Shown in pieces: positions 47,495-59,611 of a stretch of DNA of 64,000 nt. A program made the translations under genes and the position numbers. Positions within the stretch are counted from its first letter, which is position 1. Each line of letters opens with the position of its first letter. Below the pieces are notes generated by a model. That model was not told the DNA's origin, made no database searches, and saw nothing but the letters and a program-made list of their open reading frames with translations. The stretch comes from Anthoceros angustus (taxonomy: Eukaryota; Plantae; Anthocerotophyta), in the NCBI GenBank assembly GCA_010909165.1, contig VJWM01000107.1, forward strand, positions 682,001 through 746,000, read 5' to 3'.

Positions 47495-50400
47495 ATGCAT
47501 TCCCCGATTCTGTCGCCCACAAGTGATTCATCTTCGCATGTTGATGGGCTTGAGGATGCTGCCGACGTAGAAGCTTATATCCGCCATCGTCGTAGGGCGG
47601 GTGCAGTGCAGCCAGACCAGAGCGCTGGTTCTGGCGAGACAGGTATGCTTGCGACCGGCTGCGGCGGCAGCTGGAGGTTGTGTTGTACGGTGGCTGAGGA
47701 CGGCGTGCATTGTTTGTACTCCAATTTGTGGCTGCAGGTGGGTGGATATGCAGCTACTGCGGTTGGGTCCCTTCTAGTCATCTTGTCAGTTCCAGTCAGA
47801 GGCTGAAGCACGAGGAGCATTGCGAGGGGGCGGCCGGTGTCCCTTTGTGGGTGGGAGAGGAGGGAATCAGTGAAGGTGGGTTTGGCAAGTTCAGGAATTT
47901 GAAGCTACGATGCAATTTTGTCCGAGTCCTGTTTTTGTCATTACTTCTTGTTGTTGAGGAGCTTGTTGCTTAGGAGGAGAACGTGCTTTGTGTCTCTGCA
48001 GATGTCCGGCCGGAGCTAGATATCAAGGGTAGTAACATGGAGGACAGCTCCGGAGATCCTCTCACCCACAACAGTGATGGGGAACATGGTGATGTCCAAG
48101 TGGAACTTCACTTCAGGAATGCTTATCACCCTGAGAGGCGCCTGTATGTGGATGAACACTACAAGCGTGAAGGTTCTGAGCATGATCCGGCTGCAGATGT
48201 CGAGCCGGAGCTAGATATCGAGGGTAGTAATATGGAGGACAGCCCCGGGCATCTGCTGTCCCCCACTAAAGATGGGAAACATGGTGATGTCCATGTGGAA
48301 CTTGGAATCAGGAATACTTATCATCCTGGGAGGCGCCTGTATGTGGATGAACACCACGAGCGTGAAGGTTCTGAGCATGATCCGGCTGCAGATGTCGAGC
48401 CGGAGCTAGATATCGAGGGTAGTAATATGGAGGACAGCCCCGGGCATCTGCCGTCCCCCACTACAGATGGGAAACATGGTGATGTCCATGTGGAACTTGG
48501 AATCAGGAATACGTATCACCCTGGGAGGCGCCTGTATGTGGATGAACACCACGAGCGTGAAGGTTCTGAGCATGATCCGGCTGCAGATGTCGAGCCGGAG
48601 CTAGAAATCGAGGGTAGCAATATGGAGGACAGCTCCGGGCATCTGTTGCCCCCCAATGGTGATGGGAAACGTGGTGATGTCCAAGTGGAACTTCACTTCA
48701 GGAATACGTATCACCCTGGGAGGCGGCAGTATCTGGATGAACACGACAAGCGTGAAGGTTCTGAGCATGATCCGGCTGCAGATGTCGAGCCGGAGCTAGA
48801 AATCGAGGGTAGTAATATGGAGGACAGCTCCGGGCATCTGCTGCCCCCCAATGGTGATGGGAAACGTGGTGATGTCCAAGTGGAACTTCACTTCAGGAAT
48901 ACGTATCACCCTGGGAGGCGGCAGTATCTGGATGAACACGACAAGCGTGAAGGTTCTGAGCATGATCCGGCTGCAGATGTCGAGCCGGAGCCAGATATCG
49001 AGGGTAGTAATATGGAGGACAGCTCCGGGCATCTGCTGCCCCCCAATGGTGATGGGAAACGTGGTGATGTCCAAATGGAACTTCACTTCAGGAATACGTA
49101 TCACCCTGGGAGGCGCCAGTATCTGGATGAACACGACAAGCATGAAGGCTCTGAGCATGATCCGGCCGCGGTAACCGTTTCATCTCCATCATCGCCTCAT
49201 TTTTCGTCATCGTCGTCATCTTCGTCCTCCTCGTCCTCGTCCTCGTCCTCGTCTATAAGTGGACATGACTTTAAAGGAAGCGCACATGGGGAAACGTGGG
49301 CTCACGGCATTTCGACTGCCGAGCATGTTGGCGAACAGGATGACACACGAGGTGATCAGGAATTGCAGCTTTCAGAGCACGAAGTTGAGCCGATTGCAGC
49401 AGAGCCACCGTGTGAGCTGCCGCCAGAGGAGGCTGAGTTTGACTTGGTTCCTGAGGGATCCGATTCTACTGATGCAACAGACCCTCTTGCAGAGGAAGCA
49501 GTACCAGAGCCAGCGGAGGATGAGACAGCTGGTGACGATGAACCACAAATTCCACAGGTATTTCAAGTGGAAGCGGGCACCACTCCTCCTGGTGGCGCCG
49601 TCGATCAGCCCACAGGGTTGGAACAAAGGGAGGATGGTGAGCTGAAAGCTGAAAGTCCTGACAAGGGACATGTTAGTGGTACCCCCTTGAGGAACTCCGC
49701 CGAAGATGATTCTTCCTACATCGTGGAAAGCCCTCGGGATCACCCGAGCTGGACGGATGAAGCCAGCTCCTCAAGAGATGTCGAAGCATATGAGGTGGAG
49801 AGGGTCATTCGGACTCAAAGAACCCACGACCTCATATGTCCCTTCTGCAGGCACAATGTGACTCACCGAGTTATCCTTCGCAAGCGGAAGAGGTTTTCTC
49901 GAGTTTCCCAGGACACCTGGGTGCAGGAATATGATTCTGGCTCAGCTCAAGAAGAAGAAGAACCCCCAGCGCAGGTTCCAGAGCCACCTGAGGCTGACAA
50001 GGCAAGCTTCTGGGGATGTCTATCCTGCTTCACCATCTTCATACCCCGATGTAAGTCCTCCTACTGCCCGTGTGTCCGTGCTGCAACGTCTTTCGGAAGA
50101 TGGCATGTAAACTACCAACCTCATTGCATGCAACAGGGGGGCAGGCGGTAGGCACAGAGCAGCCGGTTGATAGTACAAACGCATCTAGAACTTCGTCGGC
50201 CTGCCTTCCTCTCTTATTTCCCCCTTTCAAATGGAGATCCACTGATGCTCTTCCAGGTGAGCGACTATTGAAGCGCACTCAGAGTCCAGGCGCCCTTGTA
50301 GCCTTTCTAACTTCAAAAATGATCAAACAGAGCCCGGAGCGGATTCGGTTGGCCAGGAGGATGTTCGTGAGGCTGTGACTGATGTTGTTGCCAATGCCCC

Positions 50401-53400
50401 TGAAGGTGAAAGGGAAAATACTTCCTGCCTGAGTTTCCTCCCGGCCACCCTGACAAGTTTTGACCTTCCTGAAGATGTCGGAAGGAAGCGTGAAAAAGGT
50501 AGGAGCCTGTGTGCTGGTTACTCTCTCCCCAAGCTTGGGGTTCAGACTTCAGCGTATGGTTGGTTACTGCAAACTTTAGCTTTGCAGTACCTTCCCTGGA
50601 TTCGTCTGAGCAATGCTGACTTACTCGATGGAGACATAAGATACTGAAACCCTCAGTCGTACTGTGGGAAGTCGCCCCTGCAGAAGTTCCACCATCTGAG
50701 GTGGACGATGGCGAAAGGGCGTCGTGGTTTGGCTGTCTTCCAGCTACTCTGACAAGCCTCGACTTACCAGTACGCACTCCACCAGAACGCACTCCACCAG
50801 AACGAACTCAGGAGCCACAACAGGAAGCTCCCTTTGTTAGTATTGAAGTTTGTCCGAAACCTGGGGAACCGAAAAGTGAAATCGAGGAGGTTGTGGAGTC
50901 CCCTGCCCATATCACTCCGGTGGTGGTTGTCGTTGAGGAAGGGAAGCAGGCATCATGTCTGAGCTGCCTTCCATCTACATTCACGAGCCTGGACCTTCCT
51001 CCTCAAGTCGATGTCCACAACACGTTTGAGTACAGAGGTACCTGGGTGTCCGTGGCCGTTTTATCTGCTAATTCTGGCATGGTTTGCGAGACTTTTGCCT
51101 AGGACTGCTGTGAAGGATTGTGTCACTGTGCCTAGACTACGCTGCAGCTCCAAAATGCTGGTACTGGATAGGGTTACAGTGTAGTGATGTTTTAGAAGTA
51201 TGCAGGGATCTCACCATTAACTCCGCGAGGTCCTGTTTTTTGCAGATACTTCGAGGGAGTATGTTGAAGTGGAGAAAGCCTCCTGTTTGAGCTGCCTACC
51301 TGCTACTTTACTAAGCTCGGACCTTCCTCCTCCAGTGTTGAACAGAGACCTACCTCTACCTGCCAGTAAGTGTGAAATTAAGACAGTTCTGCTGCGAGTT
51401 TTCTGTGCAATAGCTTTCTCCTTTCGCACTGTTGTGTTTTTTTAGACTTTTGACTCGTTGTTATGCAGACACTCCAGAAGAGCAGGTAGTAGTGGAGAAG
51501 GTTTCTTGCTTAAGCTGCCTTCCAGCTACCCTGACAAGCTGGGATGTCCCACCTGAAGGTAAACAGCGGAGACAGTTTGGAACTTATTCTTAGACTAGCT
51601 TTAGCGTCTATTTAAGTCTGTCTGTTTATGGCAGAGCCTGAACTTGTGGGAGTCTATGTCCATCAACCAAGTGACGCTGATGGAGGCAGGGTTTCCTGCT
51701 TGAGCTGCCTTCCAGCCACTTTAACAAGCTTGGACCTTCCGTCCCCACGGCAGCAGGAGCTACGACCAGGTCAGCTTAACAGGGCAAATTTGAGAGGATG
51801 TCTTTTCTAGATTAATGCGAGGAGCCAAAGACAGGCTGGTAGTCTGGTACATGCCGTGCATCTCGAATATTAACCTGACGCATCACTGTCTTTCTGTGCA
51901 GTGGAGGTGCCATCTGTTGAAGAAAATGTCAGTTGTCTGGATTGCCTCCCCTCTACTCTCAAAAGCTTTGGTCCGCCTGCCTCGTGGAAACCAGATGGTG
52001 GGTTACGTTGAAAGCTGACGCTTTACATACAGTGTTCTTGGCCTTGGTCACAGGCATCGCTCACTCTGTACAGTCGTGTAATTCAGTCATGTGTTTGAAT
52101 GTGTGCCTTCAGATTGGCCACTGCTCCCAGTGCATCCTGTGGAGGAAAATGATTGCTGCGGAGGTAGTTGTTTCAGTTTCCTGCCTCCCACCTTCACAAG
52201 GCTTGATATTGTTCCGACTAAGCCAGGCGTACCAGGTGAACACATGAGAAGCATGTTGCAATGAGGTCATTCAGGGAAGATGATGTGTTGATCGAATCAA
52301 AGATTGTTACATAAGAATGCTGCGTGGTTTGTATGAATCAAAAGGAAAGAGAAGTCTCCAGGTTGGTTCAACATAAATTCATTTATAATTTTGACCTGCC
52401 ATGCTTGGAATCAAGATGCGGGTGTAATGGAATAAAAGTCTGTAACTGCTCCCAAGGCATGACTGATCGTCCCTGCATTCAGGGATGAGTGTTTGAATAG
52501 GCTTAGTGGGCTCAGGGACGATGTGAAGTTATGACCTGCTTGGACAATTCAGAAAATCTGAAACTGCAAGATTGTCACTTTGTTCGTTCGTGGAACATCG
52601 TTGCAGAGAGGCCTGGTCCTGACCGTGATGGAAAGGTTGTAGCAACAGTAGTGCCACAGCCTGAAGGGGAAGCATCCTCGTCGATGGTACCAAGAGACAG
52701 GTTTAAAGGTAAGAAGGGCTCTGGGAAGGGCAAGGAACTGTGGGGACGTATACAGGCAGGTATGGTGAGTTCCGGGCAGGATCCAGTAGACTTCTGGACT
52801 TCAGAAGCAAAAGGCAATCTTGCTGCAAGGTGGCCAACTCAATGGAAACCTCCATCCGCGATCACTACATGTGAGAGTGCTTCTTTGATGTTTACTTTCT
52901 CTTGTCTTTTACCCCCTTGTCTTTCACAAAGCAATGCATGGTCGATTGGGAAGTGGAAGAATGAAATGGGACTAATCACAAGGTCCTCGATGCGCAGTTG
53001 GGAACGAACCACCGGCTTGTGAGCAGATATCTTTCAAACCTCCTCAGACTATCTCCATCTCCCAAACTGTGGCAGTTCCTGTGGCAGTTCCTGTAGCAGT
53101 CCCTGTGGCAGTCCCTGTGGCAGTCCCTGTAGCAGTTCCTGTGAGCGAGCCATCTGAGGAGGCCGCCTTTAGAAAGCAAGTACTGTGCAGTTGCTTCCCC
53201 ATCTCGTGCACTTGCCTCCCAACGCCAAGTTTCTCATGGTTTTCACCATCTCCAGGTTCTTTCAGACAGCCCCGTGAGCTGCAAGGTTGTGCGCACTTGC
53301 TGTATGTGTCTCACTGTGTGCTTATGCTTCTTGCAGATTACGGGAGCAAGGACCTTCGACTGCCACTCATACCAAAGACAACAGTTGTTGTGAGGCCCGA

Positions 53401-54204
53401 TGAAGTGTCAGTTCAAGTACAGGGCGCTGATGCCTCTGACACAAGTGGAGCAGCTGTTACTGAACCAGCGCAAGCTGGAATCCTTCGACCAACAGAGGAC
53501 ACCTCAGATGGTATAGAAATCTTGAAGAGTATTGTATATGGCGGCCTTGATTCAACTATCACCAGCCTTGGAGTTGTTGCCTCTGCAGCTGGCGGGGAAG
53601 CCAGAACAAGTAGGCTTCTTGAGTCACTCCCACATGATGCTGGTTCCTCACACGCACTTGGTAGAATCCGTACTGACCAATATTGTTCCCTGCAGTCACC
53701 ATAGTTGCTATGGGCATCGCCAACGTTCTTGCAGGAATGTTAACTTTTTATGTCAAGGTTTGGCCACCCTTCACCTCATTCCATGCTTCCTGTGCTTCTG
53801 ACGTGCAGATGCCTTACGCTCGTGTCCCTTGGCAGGTTATGTCTCTTGACAGACAAACATTCAGGTCAACAATCGGCAAGCATTTCTTGCTAAATGGATT
53901 CATCGCTATTCTATCTTTCATCATTTTTGGCATGGCGGTACCAATTACTTTCGGGTTCTCATTCCGGGAAGTTGATGACAGAGATTACAAAGTCTATGCA
54001 ACATGTGCAGTGGCCATTGTCTCCATTACTCTCCTTGGATCTGCTAAGGCGTACATCTACAAGCTTGGATATTTTTCGACTCTCAGGAATCTGTTGTTAA
54101 CTGGATTCGCCTCCGCAGTTGCTGGGTACTTTGCAGGAGACTACATTGCTAAAATGCTGAGGAAGTATGGACTCCTACCTGAAGAACCTGGAGGGACAGG
54201 TTAG
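47495..54204 (+). CDS. MEBL: Membrane protein of ER body-like (VIT1/CCC1 family), multi-exon
   Basis: HDLICPFCRHNVTHRVILRKRKR, CLSCFTIFIP, IEILKSIVYGGL, MGIANVLAG, AILSFIIFG...FGFSFR, LLGSAKAY. A chain of phase-1 GT-AG exons stays in frame (47495-47642, 48002-50050, short exons to ~53760, final exon ~53841-54204). An alternative in-frame start exists at 47390. Confidence 0.88.
48002..49170 (+). repeat. Coding minisatellite, 6 x 195 bp (65 aa, His/Asp/Glu-rich)
   Basis: Units start at 48001, 48196, 48391, 48586, 48781 and 48976; they differ by substitutions only and the frame is kept. Confidence 0.95.
53069..53146 (+). repeat. 12-bp coding repeat (VAVP)n
   Basis: GTGGCAGTTCCT variants, ~6.5 units, inside a MEBL exon. 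Confidence 0.9.
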
Positions 54205-54929
54205 GAAACAGTCAACACCTGTAACGTAAAACGGTTCAGAATGTGCTAGAAGTTAGAAACTAGAACAGTGCCGCTGGGATCGGGTCTGGAACACTATGCA
54301 GATTCTGGCCGTCAGAACGCTCTCATAACCACAAGCACATGCTTATCAAACCACACCGCCAAGGAAGACTGGTAGCAATCAACAGCTGCACACACTCGGA
54401 CGCAGCTGAAAAGGAGGCTTACTCACTTGGGCAGCGAGAAGTCATTTCGCTTCCATTCGTTGAACAGAGCGTTGCAGTCGTCATTCCTCTTGGTGCCATG
54501 GAGTGACCTCCCGCCAAAGACGTACAGATGATTCCATGTTAGATCAAACCGAGCCACCAGCATTCTGCCGAAAGCAAGCGCGTTCCGTGAGGAGGAGGAA
54601 AGGGGGGGTGACAAGAGGAGGCCGGAGGAGGTCTCAAGATAGGCACGGGGGTGGGCCTCCTGATCGCAAAGTGCCATCACCGTCAGCTGCAGTGCACGGA
54701 TAGATTGCTGGGTCGCTGAACTTTACATTTTTCAATGCATATTATGCTTACAAGATCTCTGCACGCATCTAGAAATACTATCTTTAGTGAAAGGGAACAA
54801 CGTGGTCGATGTATCTGCTGCCGACAGTGTTAAGCTACAGAAAATCGAATAAACTTGGGATACTCAAGGACCCTGTCAACACCTCACAGGAACACTTCCT
54901 TCTGCACACACTACACAGCTGAACAGCTG

Positions 54930-55262
54930 CACACTTTCAGGGAAAACCATCCACCACCACGGTGACAAAATGATGGAAACGGAGGGAGGCAGCAGCATTG
55001 TAGGGGGATTGTAAGACCTTGTGAGATTGTTGGCCAGGGGTTACAGAAAAGGATAATTCTCGATCACTGCGGACGGCAAATTTCAAGTTGCTAAGATATA
55101 AAGTGCCTGCAACAGGCCCGGTAGGTGTACAGGGGTAGCACGCGCAGGTCTTGCACAACTCTTCATTTGCAGCAGCGCCAAACGTGGCTTTGAACAACCT
55201 GGAATCGCCCCAAAGCAAGAAGTTTCAACCCCACGATGGTTAGTCCTATCGCTGTCTCTGCA
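54930..55262 (-). pseudogene. GEM-like (GRAM domain) gene remnant
   Basis: LFKATFGAAANEELCKTCACYPCTPTGPVAGTLYLSNLKFAVRSDR matches the GEM core; a frameshift at ~55210 and a decayed C-terminus. Confidence 0.7.
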
Positions 55263-57063
55263 ACGTTTCCTCCAGAAGTGACTGACCAAAAAACGCAAAG
55301 TCAGTGCAACAAGCCTGATTAACAAAAACCTGCCACATTTCCGCAGATCTGAGGAAACAAAGAGAACCCCCCAGACCAGACCTTCCAAATACCCCTTCTA
55401 CGAACTTCTACTCTGAAAAAGAAACAAGGTATGCAGCACGAAGTCACGGTGATTCGCCATCTTCGTAGCCGCCACTGTCCATCTTTGTAGCCGACTCTGA
55501 TCCTCTCAGCGCCACTGAGTGGCCCTTCACAGCAGACGTGAGTTGTTTCCCAAGCGTATCTGCCAACACGAAATGGCTCCGGAACTCCATCATCCACCAA
55601 ATCCACCGGAGCTAGAACGATGCTTAACCCAATCCGAGAGTTCAGACAAAACAGGCCGAGAAGGTCCAGAAGGCATTGAACTGGTCCGAGACTGAAGATC
55701 TGACATTTCCCAGCGCTCGTAAGAAGCAGGTAATACAAAAATGTTCAGTTGATTGACACTCCAGTGTTTTGTTCACAAGTTTGTTCAGTTGAGCGCAAAT
55801 TTTGGGAATTTGGGGGGATGTAGGTAGGCATGCGTTGTACATATCAGGTGGGAGGGATGTATATGGGCTATCCGTGGTTTGACAATCGGAGAAGACGCCG
55901 GGTCCGGGCCTGCAGGCAGGGCCGCCCACTGCTGCTCGGGGTTGTGAAGCACCTGCCTAAGCATAATGATCTACATATGTACATACTGTTACAGTACGAC
56001 GGGATGGCACGCTCAAGTCGGGTGACGGGTAGGAGTCGATTCGGCTGGTGGTGCGTCTAGAAAGCCTTCGAACATCATATGTGCCGCCCGTGGGCCGGCT
56101 TTCATGACTCCAAGGCGCTCGGGGAACTCACCGGCCACAGTGTTGTTGGCCGGTAGAGTTCTAAACCTCGCCAGAAAATTTTCCATGACCGGTTTAGCAA
56201 GCCTGTGACCTTCTTGGGAGACCCTCCGAAACCTTCCGCACTTTGTTTTGTAGACGAGACGTCTCTCCCGTCCTTGGCATGTCTTTCCTGCAGCATCTGA
56301 GCTCCTGCAAAGGTGTCCCGATGCCTGATTGCCCCCAGCACCATCTGTACTCTTCACTCAGCTGCAGTAGCATCAGCCCCTGGTACAAATTTGTTTGTAG
56401 ATGGAAGTGGTAAGTTTTTCTTCCCCTGAGCTTAGCTTCATGCGCGTACTCCCCTTGTTGAGCTTGAATGCACTTGATGTGCATGTAAATGAACGCAGAC
56501 AAGCACTCCCCGCCGGTCACATCCAACACCTGAAGCCGAGGTCCCCGGACCAGCTTCAGCTTCAGAGCAGGAGCCAAGTCTGTCTTTCAGCTCATGCAAT
56601 GATGCCAGGAGAAAAGATTGACATGCTTGTCCATCAATTGGAAATTAGGCTTGCAGGCTCATAAATCTTGCAGTGCTGTTGAAGGAAAGGGATGCGACAT
56701 TCCGGACGAGTGCAGATCAGTTCAAGAAACACACTTGCCGCAGGGAAAAGTGCCCAGTCCTGGCAAGGAAAAGAACAGAGAGAGAGAAGCAGGTAGACAA
56801 AGCCTTCCCGGTCTTGGGACACTGCAACGTCATAAAAGAACGCTGAAAGTCCACGTGGCAGCCCTATCAAGACTGGACGACAAAACCAACAGCCAAGTAT
56901 TTAAAAAAGTGGAGAAGGCAAATTGAATGGCTTTACAGAGGTACATATACACAAGGCGTAGGACGGTCAAAAGACTGAACAGCTTCCACGGCAGGGAAGA
57001 AGGTGTGACGGAGTTATCTTGGAAAATAAATCCCATCTCCACACACTGGAATATTTTACACTT

Positions 57064-59056
57064 TTAAGGGGACGGGATGTTGCATTCAGAAACAGGGTCT
57101 ACAACTAGGTCGATCAGCAACTTGTAGCACTCGTTGGCAGCAACCTGTCCAAGAAACAAGTGGTGAGAACCTGTGAAGAGACCACATTAGCCACAGACGC
57201 AAAATGCAAGATGCGAACTTGATAATTCTGATGGAACTCATAGCACAAAAGTTGCGGTTAAAGATTCAGGACCCAAGTCCGCAGACAAGACCTCTTCTTT
57301 TTAAGACGTCAGCAGCACTCCCTTTGATATATGCCTTGCAATCCATCTCAGTTATTTGGTAGTAATTCATTTTACGGTTTGGTTCTTTTCAGGATGATAC
57401 CATGTCAACTGCCAAAGCCCTCCGAATTGAGGCCATATGTACAGCAGCTTGCACTGGTACTGTTTCGTCCAAAAGGCACTGGATCACACAAATGCTTACT
57501 ACGGATGGTTCATAAGCCAGAAACTCCTCTTCTGCAGGCATATATGAGGTCCAAGGCAAAGTATGTTGGTTATTGTTATGAAGTGACACATTTTCCATTG
57601 CTTCTTATCTTCTCTCACATTGGCAAGCAATTTCTGTCGTAACTTAGCTACTCTACAGCTAGCTCCAAGGTAAACTTCATTTGACAGCTTCAAAGCTTTG
57701 GGGGCTTTAATCAATAGCAGTAGCTTGTTACATCATAGGCACATCATGGAGTTTTGAGGTTAATTAGAGAGATGGAAATTCAGGTTGGGGAGTTGTGTGA
57801 GATGATAGTCGGTTACCTGGCAGTATTCCTCGAATAATCTCATCCGCTCGGCCTGCGACATCCATCAACCTGTGGTGAAATAATCCCAGGACTTGAAGAT
57901 CTGCAACGATACTGCCAACAAAGTCTGATGTAGTCACGCTTAGCATACGCCATCCTAAGGCCCTCAATACTTGTACCTCCGTCTTCAGAATGGTTTCCTC
58001 GTCATAGTCCAGCACTCCCAAACCCTGGATAATCATTCCAAATAAGCTCAAGTCAAAATTTCTTCTTGGGAGCTTGATCATAACTCGGTCCTTGCAGGTG
58101 GAATAATTGCACTTTCACATGCCAGAAGTGTGGACAGGTTTGGTGTAGCACTATCCTCCATCTTGGCTGCAATCCAGAAGCATGCCGCAGCAGCAAGCAA
58201 CATATCATCATTCTGCTCCTGCACATCAAGGAGGCTGACCTGTATCAAAACCTGGAATCCCACCCCTTCAGGCACGAAGCAACGGTGATGAGATTCCGAT
58301 CTCACCCACTCTGAGCACTTGTAGGACAGGAAACGGTCGAGGAAAGCTACCGCGTGAGCCGCAACCAAAGTGCTGAGCTGCAGCAAATTAGACAGCTGCC
58401 GCAAGTGGAAGACCAAGGGGATCAGAAACTCGAGATCACAAGCACCGCGCCCTCAGCTTTAATGCAAATCACGCTTCCCAAACCTTCAGAATGAGATGCA
58501 CGCTCTGCCGTCGAAGCTGTCCAGGATGTCCGCATCCACACCCGCTGGCCCCCACCATGCTCTGAACGTAGAAATCCGAGCACTTGTACAACGGCTGCGC
58601 CTCCTTCTCCAGCAGCAACGCTATCGATTCCTGAAAATCGCTACCCCGCGTGCTCTGCCTTGCAAGCTCAACACCGTCACCGCAGAAGCCGGGAACGAGG
58701 CCGCCGGGGCTTGGTCTCCCCGCCTGCTGCTGCGCCTCCCCGTGAATGCCATCATCGAACTCAAGCTGACGGCACACAGCTGGTCTTGGCAGCACAGAAT
58801 TGGACTGAAGGAAGTTCCCGCACGCTGCGATCGCAGACCCGTGCGCGCCACGCCGCCTTCTCCAACTAGAGCTCAATCTGGAACCGGCCGACGCAGACTT
58901 GCAAGGGCACGGATGGAACACGAGGCCGGACCCGAGGCGGAAGCCGCTGTCTCCCACAACATTCACCACACACATCGGACCCGGGTTCATATAACACTCC
59001 GGTACCCCCGAGAACACGAGCTTCTCGCCGCACAGCAGACTGGAAGGCGAATCCAT
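57064..59056 (-). CDS. CYCD: D-type cyclin, multi-exon
   Basis: N-terminal LLCGE (LxCxE), LLLEKE...RRQSVHLILKV, AVAFLDRFLS, IAAKMED, TILKTEVQVLRALGWRM, FLAYEPS, terminal ECYKLL exon ending TAA at 57064. Confidence 0.85.
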
Positions 59057-59611
59057 CTTCAGCCGCGCTCTTCCATTCTCACATGGACTGTGCGTAATGA
59101 CTGACTGATCAACGCATACACCAAATTGCTAAGCAGAGCGCGACGGAAATGACTAAAATTCGGGACAACAGGGTCACGAACGGAGATCGGAGCAAAGAGC
59201 AGGCTCAGGCGAGTCTGAAACAAAGAGAAGCTTGCGATCGACGTCTCCAATTTGAGCAAACCGTGGGAGTACAGCCACAGCCCGGCCAAGTGCGAGGAAC
59301 ACCAAGAAAGCACCGAAACTTCAAGTTCGCGGGACCCTGAAAGCAAAGAACATTCCAGTTGAACGTGCTTCGGGGAGAGCAGCACGCCGAGCCTGCGTCC
59401 GAACCGCGTTCGCAGCGTGGAGCTTTCACCCAAACCGCAGCCTTCGATCTCGGTCGCAAAACGCCATGTCTTGATCAGCAGGGCGGCTATGGAGAGGCGA
59501 TAAATTATAACTCCGTAAGCTTAACAGACGAAGACGTGAGAACCAGCCGGTTAGGAGCATGGTCAGTCTCTGCTGCGCGAAGGAGCATGATGTTGTGTCT
59601 TTGTGTGATTT

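Noticed and set aside
56000-57040. Short ORFs between the GEM remnant and CYCD
   Set aside because: No family motif; compatible with the CYCD 3' UTR or intergenic DNA.
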